Below, in pieces: positions 1-9,939 of a stretch of 45,798 nt of DNA. The notes under the pieces were generated by a model, which made no database searches, was not told where the DNA came from, and saw nothing but the letters and a program-made list of their open reading frames with translations. The stretch lies in the sequence record DRR723986_4977, one strand, 5' to 3'. How positions within the stretch are numbered: position 1 is the stretch's first letter; each line of letters starts with the position of its first letter. The position numbers and the translations under genes were made by a program.

Positions 1-202
1 ATTTCGACTAGAGGGCGTGACCTCAACCGCACAAAACAACGCTTTAATGAAACAGCTGGCAACAGAATACGGGGTGCTTACAACGCGCAGAACAGGCCCT
101 GCCGCTGGTGACTGCATTCGGGTAACGCCTTCTTTTTACAATACTCCAGACGATATGATGAAACTTGTTCGGGCTCTAAAGGATATTACTGGCTCGGTAT
201 AA
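1..202 (+). CDS. C-terminal fragment of a class-V aminotransferase-fold PLP enzyme (5' end outside the window)
   Basis: The frame is open from base 2 (FRLEGVTSTAQNN...). It ends with CIRVTPSFYNTPDDMMKLVRALK, the typical R-x-S/T-x-x-x-Y-N-T C-terminal motif of class-V enzymes. Confidence 0.75.
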   Translation, partial: FRLEGVTSTAQNNALMKQLATEYGVLTTRRTGPAAGDCIRVTPSFYNTPDDMMKLVRALKDITGSV

Positions 203-213
203 CAATCGAAGCA

Positions 214-657
214 TCAACAGCAGTTTGTCTGATCGCCAAGTTTTTCCATCAAGGTATTCGGCTGATTAAGAGGCGTGAAACCATACTTTTTATATAAATC
301 ATGCATATCTAAAGTCGCCAAAATTTGCCGTCGTAAACCCTGTAGGTCAGGGTGTGCCGTTATATGGTCCATTAACAATGTACCCAAACCGCGTCCGCGG
401 AATTTAGGCTCAATGTACACATCGGCTATATAAGCGAAAGTTGCCCTATCGGTAACCATGCGCGCAACGCCAACCTGACCAGCCGTTTCGTGAATGACAT
501 GAAATGCTAATGAATTAGTAAAAGAACGCTCAACAATATTTTTAGAAACACCTTTGGACCAATAGGCATCTTCAGATAACCAGTAATGAACTTTATCAAG
601 GTCGAATTCCGTAATTTCTGAGGTAATTCGAAAGCCCTGTCTCAAGTGATCCGTCAT
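214..657 (-). CDS. GNAT family N-acetyltransferase
   Basis: AYWSKG, ARMVTDRATFAYIADVYI and the acetyl-CoA motif RGRGLG are present. The ATG at 657 overlaps the holC stop (TGATG). Confidence 0.9.
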   Translation of the reverse strand: MTDHLRQGFRITSEITEFDLDKVHYWLSEDAYWSKGVSKNIVERSFTNSLAFHVIHETAGQVGVARMVTDRATFAYIADVYIEPKFRGRGLGTLLMDHITAHPDLQGLRRQILATLDMHDLYKKYGFTPLNQPNTLMEKLGDQTNCC

Positions 658-1106
658 CAGGCTTTTTGCTCCCAGCCGCCCATTTCTTTCTGCTGCCAAT
701 ATGACATGGTGAAGTCATTGTCTTTCCATGTTTTCCAATCCGCACGGGCAGCTGCAACGATATTCTCGTTTCTACCATCAAACATATAAAGGCACCGTTC
801 GAACTGATCAAATGCCGCATGCTTTGAGGCATTCAGCAATACAAGTACCGTTGATTGATTTGGGTTTTCATCTTGCGTTGTCAGATAAAACTGTTGCTCA
901 TCCGAATGACCGCAATCTTCTTTAGCATGGGGTAGGAAACTATCAGGATCAAACTCCCACAAAGCTTTATCCAAACTATCGATAATCGAATTATCCGACC
1001 CTTTGATCACAGCACGCAAGCCTGCTTCCGCGACTTTAGCCATCAGTTTCGGCAACGCTTCTTCAAGCGACTGCCGTTGCAGATGATAAAACCGAATGTC
1101 ATTCAA
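657..1106 (-). CDS. holC: DNA polymerase III subunit chi
   Basis: FYHL N-terminus, LDKALW...SFLPH and ARADWK motifs; directly downstream of pepA, a conserved synteny. Confidence 0.95.
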   Translation of the reverse strand: MNDIRFYHLQRQSLEEALPKLMAKVAEAGLRAVIKGSDNSIIDSLDKALWEFDPDSFLPHAKEDCGHSDEQQFYLTTQDENPNQSTVLVLLNASKHAAFDQFERCLYMFDGRNENIVAAARADWKTWKDNDFTMSYWQQKEMGGWEQKA

Positions 1107-1118
1107 GGCCTTGCCCTA

Positions 1119-2588
1119 TCAACTTTCATAGTTATCAGCCACAAACCTGTCTAAAAGGCGTACACCAAATCCGGTTCCACCTTTTTCAGAAAGCGGTAAA
1201 TCTTTTTCTGACCAAACAGTACCTGCGATATCCAGGTGAACCCAAGGGACATTATTAGCGTAACGCTTAAGGAACTGAGCCGCCGTAATAGAACCTGCCG
1301 CAGGGCCGCCCAAGTTTTTCATGTCAGCAGTTGGGCAATCAATCAGCTTGTCGTAATTTTCATGAATTGGCATCCGCCAAACTTTGTCGCCAGTATCTCC
1401 GCCGGCTTTAAAAATTTGTTCCGCAAGCACATCGCTATCACTGAACATACCTGCATGTTCATGACCCAAGCTTGTTATAATCGCACCGGTAAGCGTCGCT
1501 AAATCAATCATGAATTTTGGCTTAAAGCGGTCCTGTGTATACCAAAGCGCATCTGCCAGAACCAAACGGCCCTCAGCATCAGTATTCAAAATTTCAATGG
1601 TTTGGCCTGACATGCTGGTCACAACATCGCCGGGGCGCTGTGCTGTGCTGGAAGGCATGTTTTCAACAAGCCCGACCGTGGCAACAACATTCACTTTTGC
1701 TTTGCGTCCCGCAAGGGCCCTCATAAGACCAACGACGGTTCCTGCACCGCCCATATCCCATTTCATTTGCTCCATGCCTGGGCCTGGCTTCAACGATATA
1801 CCGCCAGTATCAAAGGTAACCCCCTTACCAATAAAAGAAATTGGCTGGTCATCTTTAGCGCCGCCATTCCAGCGCATTATGACAAGCTGGCTTTCAAACG
1901 CTGAGCCCTGCCCCACACCCAAGAGCGCGCCCATACCAAGCTTGGTCATTTCCGCCTCACCCAAAACTTCAACATCAACGCCAAAAGAGGACAAGCCGCG
2001 AATTTCTTCTGCAAAGCTCTCCGGGTGCAAAATATTTGCAGGTTCAGAAACAAGGTCTCGCGTTACAAAAACACCTTCCGCAACTTTTTCTCTTGCAGAA
2101 AATAATTCAGCGCTGGCCTGAGAAGCATTTGCGGAAAATACTATTTCTTTTAATGTCGGCTTTTTTGCGTCCGATTCTTTAGTGCGGTATTTGTCGAAAC
2201 GATAACTACGCAGCAAAGCCCCCTCTGCCATGCTAACAACATCTGCGCCTTCTACATCGGCAATAACAGTAACAGTTTTGCTACCAGACATTGATGTTGA
2301 AGAGGTTACAGTGGCACCAATTTCTGCCCACTCGGCCTCTTTGAGTTTATCTTTTTCGCCAATACCTACCAAAACAACGCGATCAACAGTCATTCCGGAG
2401 GGTGACAATACATCCAGCGTTTGCCCTACTGCCCCAGTAAACCGGGCGATATCTTTTGATTTCGATAAAGAGCCTGCCATTGCGGTATCTGCTTCAGCAG
2501 CAAGGCCCGCTAACGGTTTGTCTTTTTCCACTAAAAATACAACTGCTCCATCTTTGGGCATTTCAACTGGCGCAAAACTTATCTGCAT
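1119..2588 (-). CDS. pepA: Leucyl aminopeptidase (M17)
   Basis: GKGVTFDTGGISLKP, MKWDMGGA and NTDAEGRL metal-binding motifs. Confidence 0.97.
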   Translation of the reverse strand: MQISFAPVEMPKDGAVVFLVEKDKPLAGLAAEADTAMAGSLSKSKDIARFTGAVGQTLDVLSPSGMTVDRVVLVGIGEKDKLKEAEWAEIGATVTSSTSMSGSKTVTVIADVEGADVVSMAEGALLRSYRFDKYRTKESDAKKPTLKEIVFSANASQASAELFSAREKVAEGVFVTRDLVSEPANILHPESFAEEIRGLSSFGVDVEVLGEAEMTKLGMGALLGVGQGSAFESQLVIMRWNGGAKDDQPISFIGKGVTFDTGGISLKPGPGMEQMKWDMGGAGTVVGLMRALAGRKAKVNVVATVGLVENMPSSTAQRPGDVVTSMSGQTIEILNTDAEGRLVLADALWYTQDRFKPKFMIDLATLTGAIITSLGHEHAGMFSDSDVLAEQIFKAGGDTGDKVWRMPIHENYDKLIDCPTADMKNLGGPAAGSITAAQFLKRYANNVPWVHLDIAGTVWSEKDLPLSEKGGTGFGVRLLDRFVADNYES

Positions 2589-2620
2589 AGGTCCCTCATT
2601 AAATTTTTGGTGGCGGTTAC

Positions 2621-2657
2621 AGGTACCACTATAATTTGGGTACCTTTGGTTTGTAAA
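2621..2657 (-). promoter_or_regulatory. Putative sigma70 promoter of pepA with a flanking inverted repeat
   Basis: Minus strand: TTTACA (2657-2652), 18 nt, TATAGT (2633-2628). AGGTACC (2621-2627) and GGTACCT (2639-2645) bracket the -10. Confidence 0.4.
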
Positions 2658-2835
2658 AGTAATGCCTACAATTCAATAAGATGGCAAGCACAGCCCCACT
2701 AAAATGCCATAATTATTAGTAACAAGCTAAATTTGATAAAAGATATTGTGATCCGTAATTGCGATTGTGGTCAATGAGGGCTATCAAGTCCCCAATACAA
2801 CGGCTCAAGAATTACGTCAGTAGTGAGAAGCATTA

Positions 2836-5091
2836 GTGCCTGCAATCAAAAAACAATCTAATTGCGTGTCCAATGATTCACGGCGAGCAGTTCTTCTTGC
2901 CGGAACAATGCTTGCCGCCACCGTTTTCTCGCTGGGCATAACGCCCACTTCCGCCTTCCATCAGGATGCATCACAAGTGTCCGTTGATGATGAACGTGTG
3001 GAATTGGTTGCCGACCAACTCACTTACGACCCTGATACCGGCGAAATTAGAGCCATGGGCAATGTTGAGTTGGTACGAGATGGCTACACATTAAAAGCTG
3101 GTGAAGTCTATTACAGTGAAGCAACAGGTGAAGCACGCGCCGTTGGGGCTGTTGAACTTACCACACCGGGCGGAGACCGCATCATTGCGCCGCAAATTTT
3201 GCTTCAAAACCAGTTAAAAGATGCGTTTGTAGAAAATATTCGCTTGATTATGACCGACGGCGCCCAAGCAGTTGCCGCTTCGGGCGAACGGATTGAAGCA
3301 ACCGGCAGAACAATATTAAAGCGCGCTTCCTATAGCCCTTGTAAAGTTTGTGCAGACGGCAGCGGCAAAAAGCCTTTGTGGCAGTTAAAAGCCGTTAAAG
3401 TTGTTCACGACAAGGGTAAGCGACGCCTGTACTACGACAATGCCATTCTCGAAATACTGGGTGTTCCCATATTATGGACGCCCTATTTCTCGCATCCTGA
3501 CCCAACAGTTGATCGGGCAAGCGGCCTTTTACCGCTTGATATCCAAACCAGTCAAAATGTGGGGCTGATTGCGGCAATTCCCTACTACCATGTATTCAGC
3601 GATAGCATTGATGCCACATTCACCCCGGTTTTTACTACCCGCGAAGGCTTTGTATTAAAAGGGGAATATAGGCAGCATGTTGGCATAGGGCAGTTTAGCT
3701 TTGACGGCAGTATCACACGCGCTGACCGACGCGATACTAATAATGTTCGCACAGGCATTACAGAAACACGTGGCCATATTTCTTCCGAGGGCCGTTTCCA
3801 GCATTCTGACAAGTGGCGTTCGACATACCAGATTAACTATGCTTCCGATGACACATATCTTGGACGCTATGAAATTTCCAATACCGACACATTGGTCAGC
3901 GAATATTTGCTGGAAGGGTTCTTTGGAGCTTCCTATATTTCATCCAGAGCACTCGCCTTCCAAGGTTTGCGCCTTGAAGATATTTCAGGAAAAGCCGCCT
4001 TTGCATTGCCGCTAATTGATGCCGAATTTATTCCAAATTATAAGCCACTCGGTGGCACCATCAGCCTGCGAGGTAACGCACTTGCTCTTCATCGCACCGA
4101 CGGCCTGGACACACGCAGGTTGTCTTTAATGGCAAATTGGCAAAGACGCTGGATTACGCCAAAAGGGTTTGTGGTAGATGTTGATGCGCTGGCAAGAAGT
4201 GATCTGTATAACTTAGATGCTGCAAACCAACCTGATGACCCCGCTTTCGCCGGGTCCTTTGGCGGCACATCTGGCAGCGAGTGGCGTCGCTTGGCACGAT
4301 TGACAACTTCAGTGAGTTGGCCTTTGGTAAAATACGGTGCTAGCGGCACTCATACCTTAGAACCTATAACAGAAATAAGTCTGTCGCCGCGCCGCGGCAC
4401 ACCAGACAGCATTGTGAATGAAGATAGCCGTGCCTTTGAGTTATCAGACTTAAACCTGTTTTCAGCGGATAGAACCAGCGGTTTTGATCTTTGGGAAGAA
4501 GGTAGTCGCGCAACATTTGGTGTACGGTGGCGCTATGAAAGCGGTGACCTAACAACAGACTTTCTCATCGGCCAGTCTTGGCGCATTACAGGGCAAGACG
4601 TTGTTTTGGCTGACGGTATTGGTTTAGAAGGCAGCTCTTCCGATATCGTTGGTAGAACTAACATTAATTATAGCGGCTGGGTTGATTTTGAACATAGATA
4701 CCGGCTGGACGACAATAGCTTCAAAATACGCAGAAACGATATTGATGTCACATTCGGCGATGACAAGAAGAGCTTACGAATTGGATACACTCGGTTAAAC
4801 AGAAACCTAACCTTTATTAACCGTGAAGACCGCGAAGAAATACGCGTAAGCGGATTTTATAAAATCAACGATAACTGGCGGCTTTCAGGCACTTGGATAC
4901 GCCGGTTAGAAGGGGCAAACTTGCCCACCACAATTGAAGAATCTGGCCCGGTCCAATATAGTGTTGGGGTGAAATATCAAAACGAATGTATCGAACTCGG
5001 ACTTCGTTTGAGGGAAAGATTTACCCGTGACCGTGACGTTGAACCCGGAACTGCAATCATGTTACGGCTAAAATTGACGAATTTAGGGTAG
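2836..5091 (+). CDS. lptD: LPS-assembly outer-membrane protein LptD (OstA)
   Basis: Signal peptide, N-terminal beta-jellyroll (ADQLTYD...GNV), YSPCKVC...PLWQLKA, PILWTPYFSHPDPTVDRASGLL, beta-barrel body; upstream of surA-pdxA-rsmA. GTG start uncertain. Confidence 0.93.
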   Translation: MPAIKKQSNCVSNDSRRAVLLAGTMLAATVFSLGITPTSAFHQDASQVSVDDERVELVADQLTYDPDTGEIRAMGNVELVRDGYTLKAGEVYYSEATGEARAVGAVELTTPGGDRIIAPQILLQNQLKDAFVENIRLIMTDGAQAVAASGERIEATGRTILKRASYSPCKVCADGSGKKPLWQLKAVKVVHDKGKRRLYYDNAILEILGVPILWTPYFSHPDPTVDRASGLLPLDIQTSQNVGLIAAIPYYHVFSDSIDATFTPVFTTREGFVLKGEYRQHVGIGQFSFDGSITRADRRDTNNVRTGITETRGHISSEGRFQHSDKWRSTYQINYASDDTYLGRYEISNTDTLVSEYLLEGFFGASYISSRALAFQGLRLEDISGKAAFALPLIDAEFIPNYKPLGGTISLRGNALALHRTDGLDTRRLSLMANWQRRWITPKGFVVDVDALARSDLYNLDAANQPDDPAFAGSFGGTSGSEWRRLARLTTSVSWPLVKYGASGTHTLEPITEISLSPRRGTPDSIVNEDSRAFELSDLNLFSADRTSGFDLWEEGSRATFGVRWRYESGDLTTDFLIGQSWRITGQDVVLADGIGLEGSSSDIVGRTNINYSGWVDFEHRYRLDDNSFKIRRNDIDVTFGDDKKSLRIGYTRLNRNLTFINREDREEIRVSGFYKINDNWRLSGTWIRRLEGANLPTTIEESGPVQYSVGVKYQNECIELGLRLRERFTRDRDVEPGTAIMLRLKLTNLG

Positions 5092-5175
5092 TTAATCGCT
5101 GCGAAAGCCGCTAAAAGGCTAGCAGAACAACCTGTATTTAAAACAAACCTTACGACCAAGTTGAGTAACATCAGA

Positions 5176-6462
5176 ATGAGCAACCCAGCCAAGCTAATAA
5201 AAAACCTTACCGTGTTTGGGTTCCTAGCCTCAATTTTTACTTCTTTTTCAGTAACCGCGCAGCAACAATCTGAGCCGTTACCATTAAATAGTATCGAGGT
5301 TCTGGTAAATGACGAGCCGATTTCTTCTTATGATATTAACCAGCGCCTAAGGTTAGTTATCGCAATTTCTGGCGGTGTGAATAGTCAGGAAGAGTTTCTT
5401 CAAGTACGCGAACAAGTAATACGATCAATGGTTGATGAACGGCTGCAGCTTCAAGAAGCAGCAGAAGTTGAACTTGTGATTGAAGACGCCCAGCTTGAAG
5501 AATTCTTCACGCGCCGGGCTCAAGGGTCCGGACAAGAACCAGAACAGTTTGCACAGGCTCTTGCTCAAATCGGTTCAAGTAAAGCCACCATGAAACGGCA
5601 AATGGAAGCCGAGATTGCGTGGTCTCAATTAGTTCAGGGAAGACTCGGCGCTTTTGTCAGCGTATCTGACGAAGAAGTAGAAGCATTCATTCAACGCATA
5701 TACGACAACCGCGGCAAATTTGAATATCGATTGAGCGAAATAGTTTTGTTGAGCGAAACACCAGAGCAATCTGCAAGCGTTGAAGCAAATGCAAAGCAAC
5801 TGGTAGAACAAATTAACGCTGGCGCTGCCTTCCCGCAAATTGCGCAACAGCTCTCTGCCTCGTCCTCTGCCGCTGTAGGCGGCGACCTTGGATGGGTAAC
5901 GGTTGATGACCTTGATCCTCTTTACAGTCAGGCTGTGCAAGATGCGGCTGTTGGCGCGACGCTTGATCCCATTCGAACACCTGGTGGTTTTTTAATTTTA
6001 GCTGTCACAGACCGCAGGCGTGTTCTAACAGTTGATCCGCTCGACACTCAGATTGTTCTAAATCAATTACATTTACCAATAGCCGACGTTGAAACGGGCC
6101 TTGATAAATTTATGGCCGTTACCGCAAATCTAAAAGACACAAAAACCAACTGCGAAACAGTGCCCGCCTTGGCTGAAGAAGCCGGTATAACAGGGCGTAC
6201 AGAAATTTCTCCTTTAAGGTTGCGCGATCTCACTAACGAATTCAGGGAACGAGTGGAAAACCTAGAAATTGGTCAAGCAACAGAGGTTATTGATGCCGAA
6301 GATGGTAAACGTGTTTTGATTATGTGTAATCGCCAAGCCCCTGTTGTTCAGGAACCTGACTTTGATGAAGTGTTTGACCAATTGGAACAACAGCGCCTTT
6401 CCATGATGGCACGTCGTTATTTGCGTGACATTCGCCGTGACGCGATCGTTGACTACCGTTAG
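5176..6462 (+). CDS. surA: SurA-like periplasmic chaperone/peptidylprolyl isomerase
   Basis: Signal peptide, VNDEPISSYDINQRL N-domain, rotamase motif GGDLGWV, C-terminal RYLRDIRRDAIVDYR; synteny. Confidence 0.92.
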   Translation: MSNPAKLIKNLTVFGFLASIFTSFSVTAQQQSEPLPLNSIEVLVNDEPISSYDINQRLRLVIAISGGVNSQEEFLQVREQVIRSMVDERLQLQEAAEVELVIEDAQLEEFFTRRAQGSGQEPEQFAQALAQIGSSKATMKRQMEAEIAWSQLVQGRLGAFVSVSDEEVEAFIQRIYDNRGKFEYRLSEIVLLSETPEQSASVEANAKQLVEQINAGAAFPQIAQQLSASSSAAVGGDLGWVTVDDLDPLYSQAVQDAAVGATLDPIRTPGGFLILAVTDRRRVLTVDPLDTQIVLNQLHLPIADVETGLDKFMAVTANLKDTKTNCETVPALAEEAGITGRTEISPLRLRDLTNEFRERVENLEIGQATEVIDAEDGKRVLIMCNRQAPVVQEPDFDEVFDQLEQQRLSMMARRYLRDIRRDAIVDYR

Positions 6463-7498
6463 GGATATCCCCTCAGACCGGGACCAATTACCCTTAGCCC
6501 TAACAATGGGCGAACCTGCAGGTCTTGGCCCGGAACTAATTGCCAGAATATGGCGTAAACGACAGGAACTGAGCCTTCCTCCGATTGTCTATGTTGGTTC
6601 AGCATCAGCGCTTCAAGCTGTAGACCCTGATTTACCAATACAAAAACTTTCCAGTATTACTGAGTTTGCAACGCCTGCTGATCATTTGGCTATCATTGAT
6701 ATTCCTGCAAACGGGACCATTACTCTTGGTACAATTAACCCTGACAATGGACATGCTGTTATCCAGTCTATTGAAAAAGCTACTCAATTTGCTCTCGACG
6801 GGCATGTTTCAGGCGTTGTTACCGCCCCTATTCATAAAGCCGCGCTTTATAAAGTTGGTTTTGATGCACCGGGGCATACAGAGTTTCTTGCCCGGCTATG
6901 CGGCCTTAACGACAGCGACTCTGTTATGATGTTAACCACCGAAGGCCTTCGAGTTGTGCCGGTGACTGCTCATGTGGCTTTAAAAGACGTACCTGCGGTC
7001 TTAACCGCAGACACTATAATACACGCAGGTATGGTCACTGCCCATGATCTAAAATTACGGTTTGGTATAAAAAAACCGCGGATTGTAATAGCAGGACTTA
7101 ATCCACATGCGGGTGAAGACGGCACAATTGGCATGGAAGAATCGACACATATTCAACCAGCAATTTGGGCACTTGAAGACCACGGCATTGATGTAATTGG
7201 CCCTGCCCCCGCAGACACTTTGTTCCACGCGGAAGCTCGGAAAGAATATGATGCTGTGTTATGCATGTATCATGACCAAGCCCTTATTCCTTTGAAAACA
7301 CTAGACTTTTGGGGTGGCGTTAACGTTACATTGGGGCTACCTATTATTAGAACCTCTCCTGACCATGGCACTGCTCTCTCGCTGGCGGGGCAAGGTACAT
7401 GCCGGCTTGACAGCATGATTGCAGCTATAAAACTTGCAAATGAAATGGCTCAAAGCCAATACAAACAGGCAAGTGAACGACAGACCGATGACAGATAA
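6425..7498 (+). CDS. pdxA: 4-hydroxythreonine-4-phosphate dehydrogenase
   Basis: TMGEPAGLGPE, PGHTEFL, GLNPHAGE, MYHDQALIP, RTSPDHGTA. Start could be the TTG at 6449. Confidence 0.96.
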   Translation: MTFAVTRSLTTVRDIPSDRDQLPLALTMGEPAGLGPELIARIWRKRQELSLPPIVYVGSASALQAVDPDLPIQKLSSITEFATPADHLAIIDIPANGTITLGTINPDNGHAVIQSIEKATQFALDGHVSGVVTAPIHKAALYKVGFDAPGHTEFLARLCGLNDSDSVMMLTTEGLRVVPVTAHVALKDVPAVLTADTIIHAGMVTAHDLKLRFGIKKPRIVIAGLNPHAGEDGTIGMEESTHIQPAIWALEDHGIDVIGPAPADTLFHAEARKEYDAVLCMYHDQALIPLKTLDFWGGVNVTLGLPIIRTSPDHGTALSLAGQGTCRLDSMIAAIKLANEMAQSQYKQASERQTDDR

Positions 7499-8351
7499 AC
7501 TACCGCCCCTTCGTGAGGTACTAAACGCCCATGATCTTCAGGCAAAAAAATCATTTGGCCAAAATTTTTTGCTTGATCTTAATCTAACCGGAAAAATTGC
7601 GCGCGTTGCTGGCGACTTATCTAATACTGTTGTTTACGAGGTTGGCCCCGGACCTGGCGGGCTCACACGCGGTTTACTTGCGAGCGGGGCAAAACGTGTT
7701 GTCGCAGTTGAAATGGACCCTCGCTGCTTACCAGCACTTGAAGAAGTGTCAGCTGCATACGACGGTGCACTGGCAGTTCACATAGAAGATGCCTTAAAGG
7801 TTAATGAACAGGCATTACTTGGCATACAACCCGGCGAAGACGCCAAAATAGCATCAAACTTACCTTACAATGTTGGCACAGCATTGTTCGTGAAGTGGCT
7901 TACTAATGAAAAATGGCTACCTTGGTATTCGTCATTAACCCTCATGTTCCAGCAGGAAGTAGCTGAAAGAATTGTAGCAACACCAGGCAACAAAACCTAT
8001 GGCCGTCTTTCTGTGCTGGCACAATGGCGCGGAAAAGTGCGTATAGCTATGCGTGTTCCAGCGGCAGCATTTACCCCGCCCCCCAAAGTTGCCAGTGCCA
8101 TTATTTATTTCGAGCCAACAGCGCCAATTGACAATCGTGTTGCTTTGGCCGATTTGGAAAAAGTAGTAGAACGCGCTTTTGGCCAACGACGAAAAATGCT
8201 GCGAGCAAGTTTGAAAGGCCTAGATGTTCCGGTATTAGATTTATTGCACGCCGCCGATATTGACCCCACCTTAAGGGCTGAGAATGTTAGCGTACAAAAA
8301 TTTGTAGAGCTGGCAAGACACTATTCTATCTTGCGAGCAAAAGTCGCCTAA
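7488..8351 (+). CDS. rsmA: 16S rRNA (adenine-N6)-dimethyltransferase RsmA/KsgA
   Basis: KKSFGQNFL, EVGPGPGGLT, SNLPYNV, FGQRRKMLR motifs; ATG at 7488 overlaps the end of pdxA. Confidence 0.97.
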   Translation: MTDKLPPLREVLNAHDLQAKKSFGQNFLLDLNLTGKIARVAGDLSNTVVYEVGPGPGGLTRGLLASGAKRVVAVEMDPRCLPALEEVSAAYDGALAVHIEDALKVNEQALLGIQPGEDAKIASNLPYNVGTALFVKWLTNEKWLPWYSSLTLMFQQEVAERIVATPGNKTYGRLSVLAQWRGKVRIAMRVPAAAFTPPPKVASAIIYFEPTAPIDNRVALADLEKVVERAFGQRRKMLRASLKGLDVPVLDLLHAADIDPTLRAENVSVQKFVELARHYSILRAKVA

Positions 8352-8361
8352 CACACTGTAA

Positions 8362-9009
8362 CTAAGGCCGTTCTTCCATTAGTTGTCGAACGAAGTCGGA
8401 CATTCCCGGGCGCCTTTCCCGTTTGAAACGCTCCGCCCGAACAATAGCCTTCAGGTCTTCATATGTTCGTTCCAAATCGTCATTAACGAGAACATAATCG
8501 TATTCTGCCCAGTGACTGATTTCGCTCTCCGCCTGCTCCATTCGGTGTTGAACGGTTTCTTCACTATCTTGAGCACGATTTCTAAGCCGCTCCTCAAGAG
8601 CCTTAATGCTTGGCGGTAAAATAAATATTCGCACCAAATCAATGGCGCTCGCACTAGACATCATTTGCTGTGTGCCTTGCCAGTCGATGTCAAAGATAAC
8701 GTCTTTACCGGCTTTTAAAGCTTCTTTAACCGGCCCCGTAGGCGTGCCGTATCGATTTTCAAACACAATCGCATGTTCAAGCATTTCGTCGCCGTCAATC
8801 ATTTCCCGGAACCGTTCATGGCTGACGAAAAAATAGTCTATTCCATCTTTTTCACCGGGCCTAGGTTCACGCGTTGTCGCCGAAACTGACATAACAACAT
8901 CATCATCTTCTTCAAGCAAACGCCGCGTAAGAGTGGTTTTGCCTGCGCCTGACGGTGAGGACATCACCAACATTAAACCACGGCGTGTATCGATTGGATT
9001 GGAAGACAT
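8362..9009 (-). CDS. gmk: Guanylate kinase
   Basis: P-loop SSPSGAGKT, SATTREPRPGEKDGIDYFF, DIDWQG. Confidence 0.97.
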   Translation of the reverse strand: MSSNPIDTRRGLMLVMSSPSGAGKTTLTRRLLEEDDDVVMSVSATTREPRPGEKDGIDYFFVSHERFREMIDGDEMLEHAIVFENRYGTPTGPVKEALKAGKDVIFDIDWQGTQQMMSSASAIDLVRIFILPPSIKALEERLRNRAQDSEETVQHRMEQAESEISHWAEYDYVLVNDDLERTYEDLKAIVRAERFKRERRPGMSDFVRQLMEERP

Positions 9010-9051
9010 ACAAAAGGCCTATTTACATTAAACTATTGTTATTAAATATCT

Positions 9052-9939
9052 TTATTCAATATTCTGTACTTGTTCACGAAACTGATCAATCAGAACTTTC
9101 AAGTCTACGCCTATTTTTGTAAGCGTAACATCCCCGGACTTAGAGCACAGCGTATTTGCTTCGCGGTTAAACTCCTGACACAAAAAATCTAACCGCCTGC
9201 CAACCGGCTTCTTACTGGCCAACAATGTAGCTGCCTCATCAAAATGGCTATCTAATCGGTCAAACTCTTCCTGGATATCGGCTTTCACGGCCATCACGGC
9301 AATTTCTTGCGCCAAACGTTCATCACTAACAGGCTTGTCAGACTGCTCAAGTTTTCTAACTTGCGTCGTAAAACGCTTCTGCATGGCAACATCCCTGTCT
9401 CCGACCGCAACTTTGGCCGCTTTTAACAAATCACGCATTTCGGATAATTGTTGCGTCATTAAGGCTTGCATACGCGCGCCCTCAGATTGCCGGGCGGCAA
9501 CAAGCTCTGATATCAAAAAATCCAAATCGTCCAGTAAACTAGACTTAAGTTGGGTCAGTTCATTATCATCTGGCTCTTCATTTACAAGTTCCACGATGCC
9601 TTTTACCGTCAACAAACCATCTACACGCGCAGGGGCAATTCCTGGTTCATTGCTGTAACGAGCGGCTATTTTAATCAGGTCATCAAGCCGAGCTTGATTA
9701 ATGGCAAACTTCTCGCTGTCAGTTGACCGGTCTATTTGCAAATTCAGGAATATTGAACCTCTGGTCAAACCAGCAGAAATTTTCTTCTTAATTTCAATAT
9801 CGAAACCGTCGAGAAAACCCGGAATTTTAGTGCGGATCTCAAGGCCTTTGTTATTAACACTCTTAATTTCCCAGTTCCACCTAAACGGTCCAACTTCGCC
9901 GCCTCTTCGGGTAAAGCCTGTCATACTTGCTAGCGTCAT
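9052..9939 (-). CDS. yicC: YicC/YloC family endoribonuclease
   Basis: SMTGF start, WEIKSVN, GRRLDFLCQEFNREANTLCSKS, REQVQNIE; upstream of gmk. Confidence 0.95.
   Translation of the reverse strand: MTLASMTGFTRRGGEVGPFRWNWEIKSVNNKGLEIRTKIPGFLDGFDIEIKKKISAGLTRGSIFLNLQIDRSTDSEKFAINQARLDDLIKIAARYSNEPGIAPARVDGLLTVKGIVELVNEEPDDNELTQLKSSLLDDLDFLISELVAARQSEGARMQALMTQQLSEMRDLLKAAKVAVGDRDVAMQKRFTTQVRKLEQSDKPVSDERLAQEIAVMAVKADIQEEFDRLDSHFDEAATLLASKKPVGRRLDFLCQEFNREANTLCSKSGDVTLTKIGVDLKVLIDQFREQVQNIE

Noticed and set aside
1236..2634. Long plus-strand ORFs (e.g. 1510-2121, 2230-2634) opposite pepA; similar shadows opposite fabG/fabD, iscS (21804-22514), the AsmA-like gene (32203-32766), prfB and mrcA
   Set aside because: They are antisense shadows of well-conserved genes, with Ser/Pro/Thr-rich nonsense composition, no RBS and no recognisable motifs.
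2878..2898. Twin-arginine-like SRRAVLL in the LptD signal peptide
   Set aside because: Outer-membrane beta-barrels are exported unfolded via Sec/SurA/Bam; the consensus Phe is absent and the start codon is uncertain, so this is most likely a chance RR in a basic n-region.
9028..9042. TTAA-N7-TTAT CtrA-like motif between yicC and gmk
   Set aside because: One mismatch in a very AT-rich 42-bp spacer within a probable operon; chance is likely.
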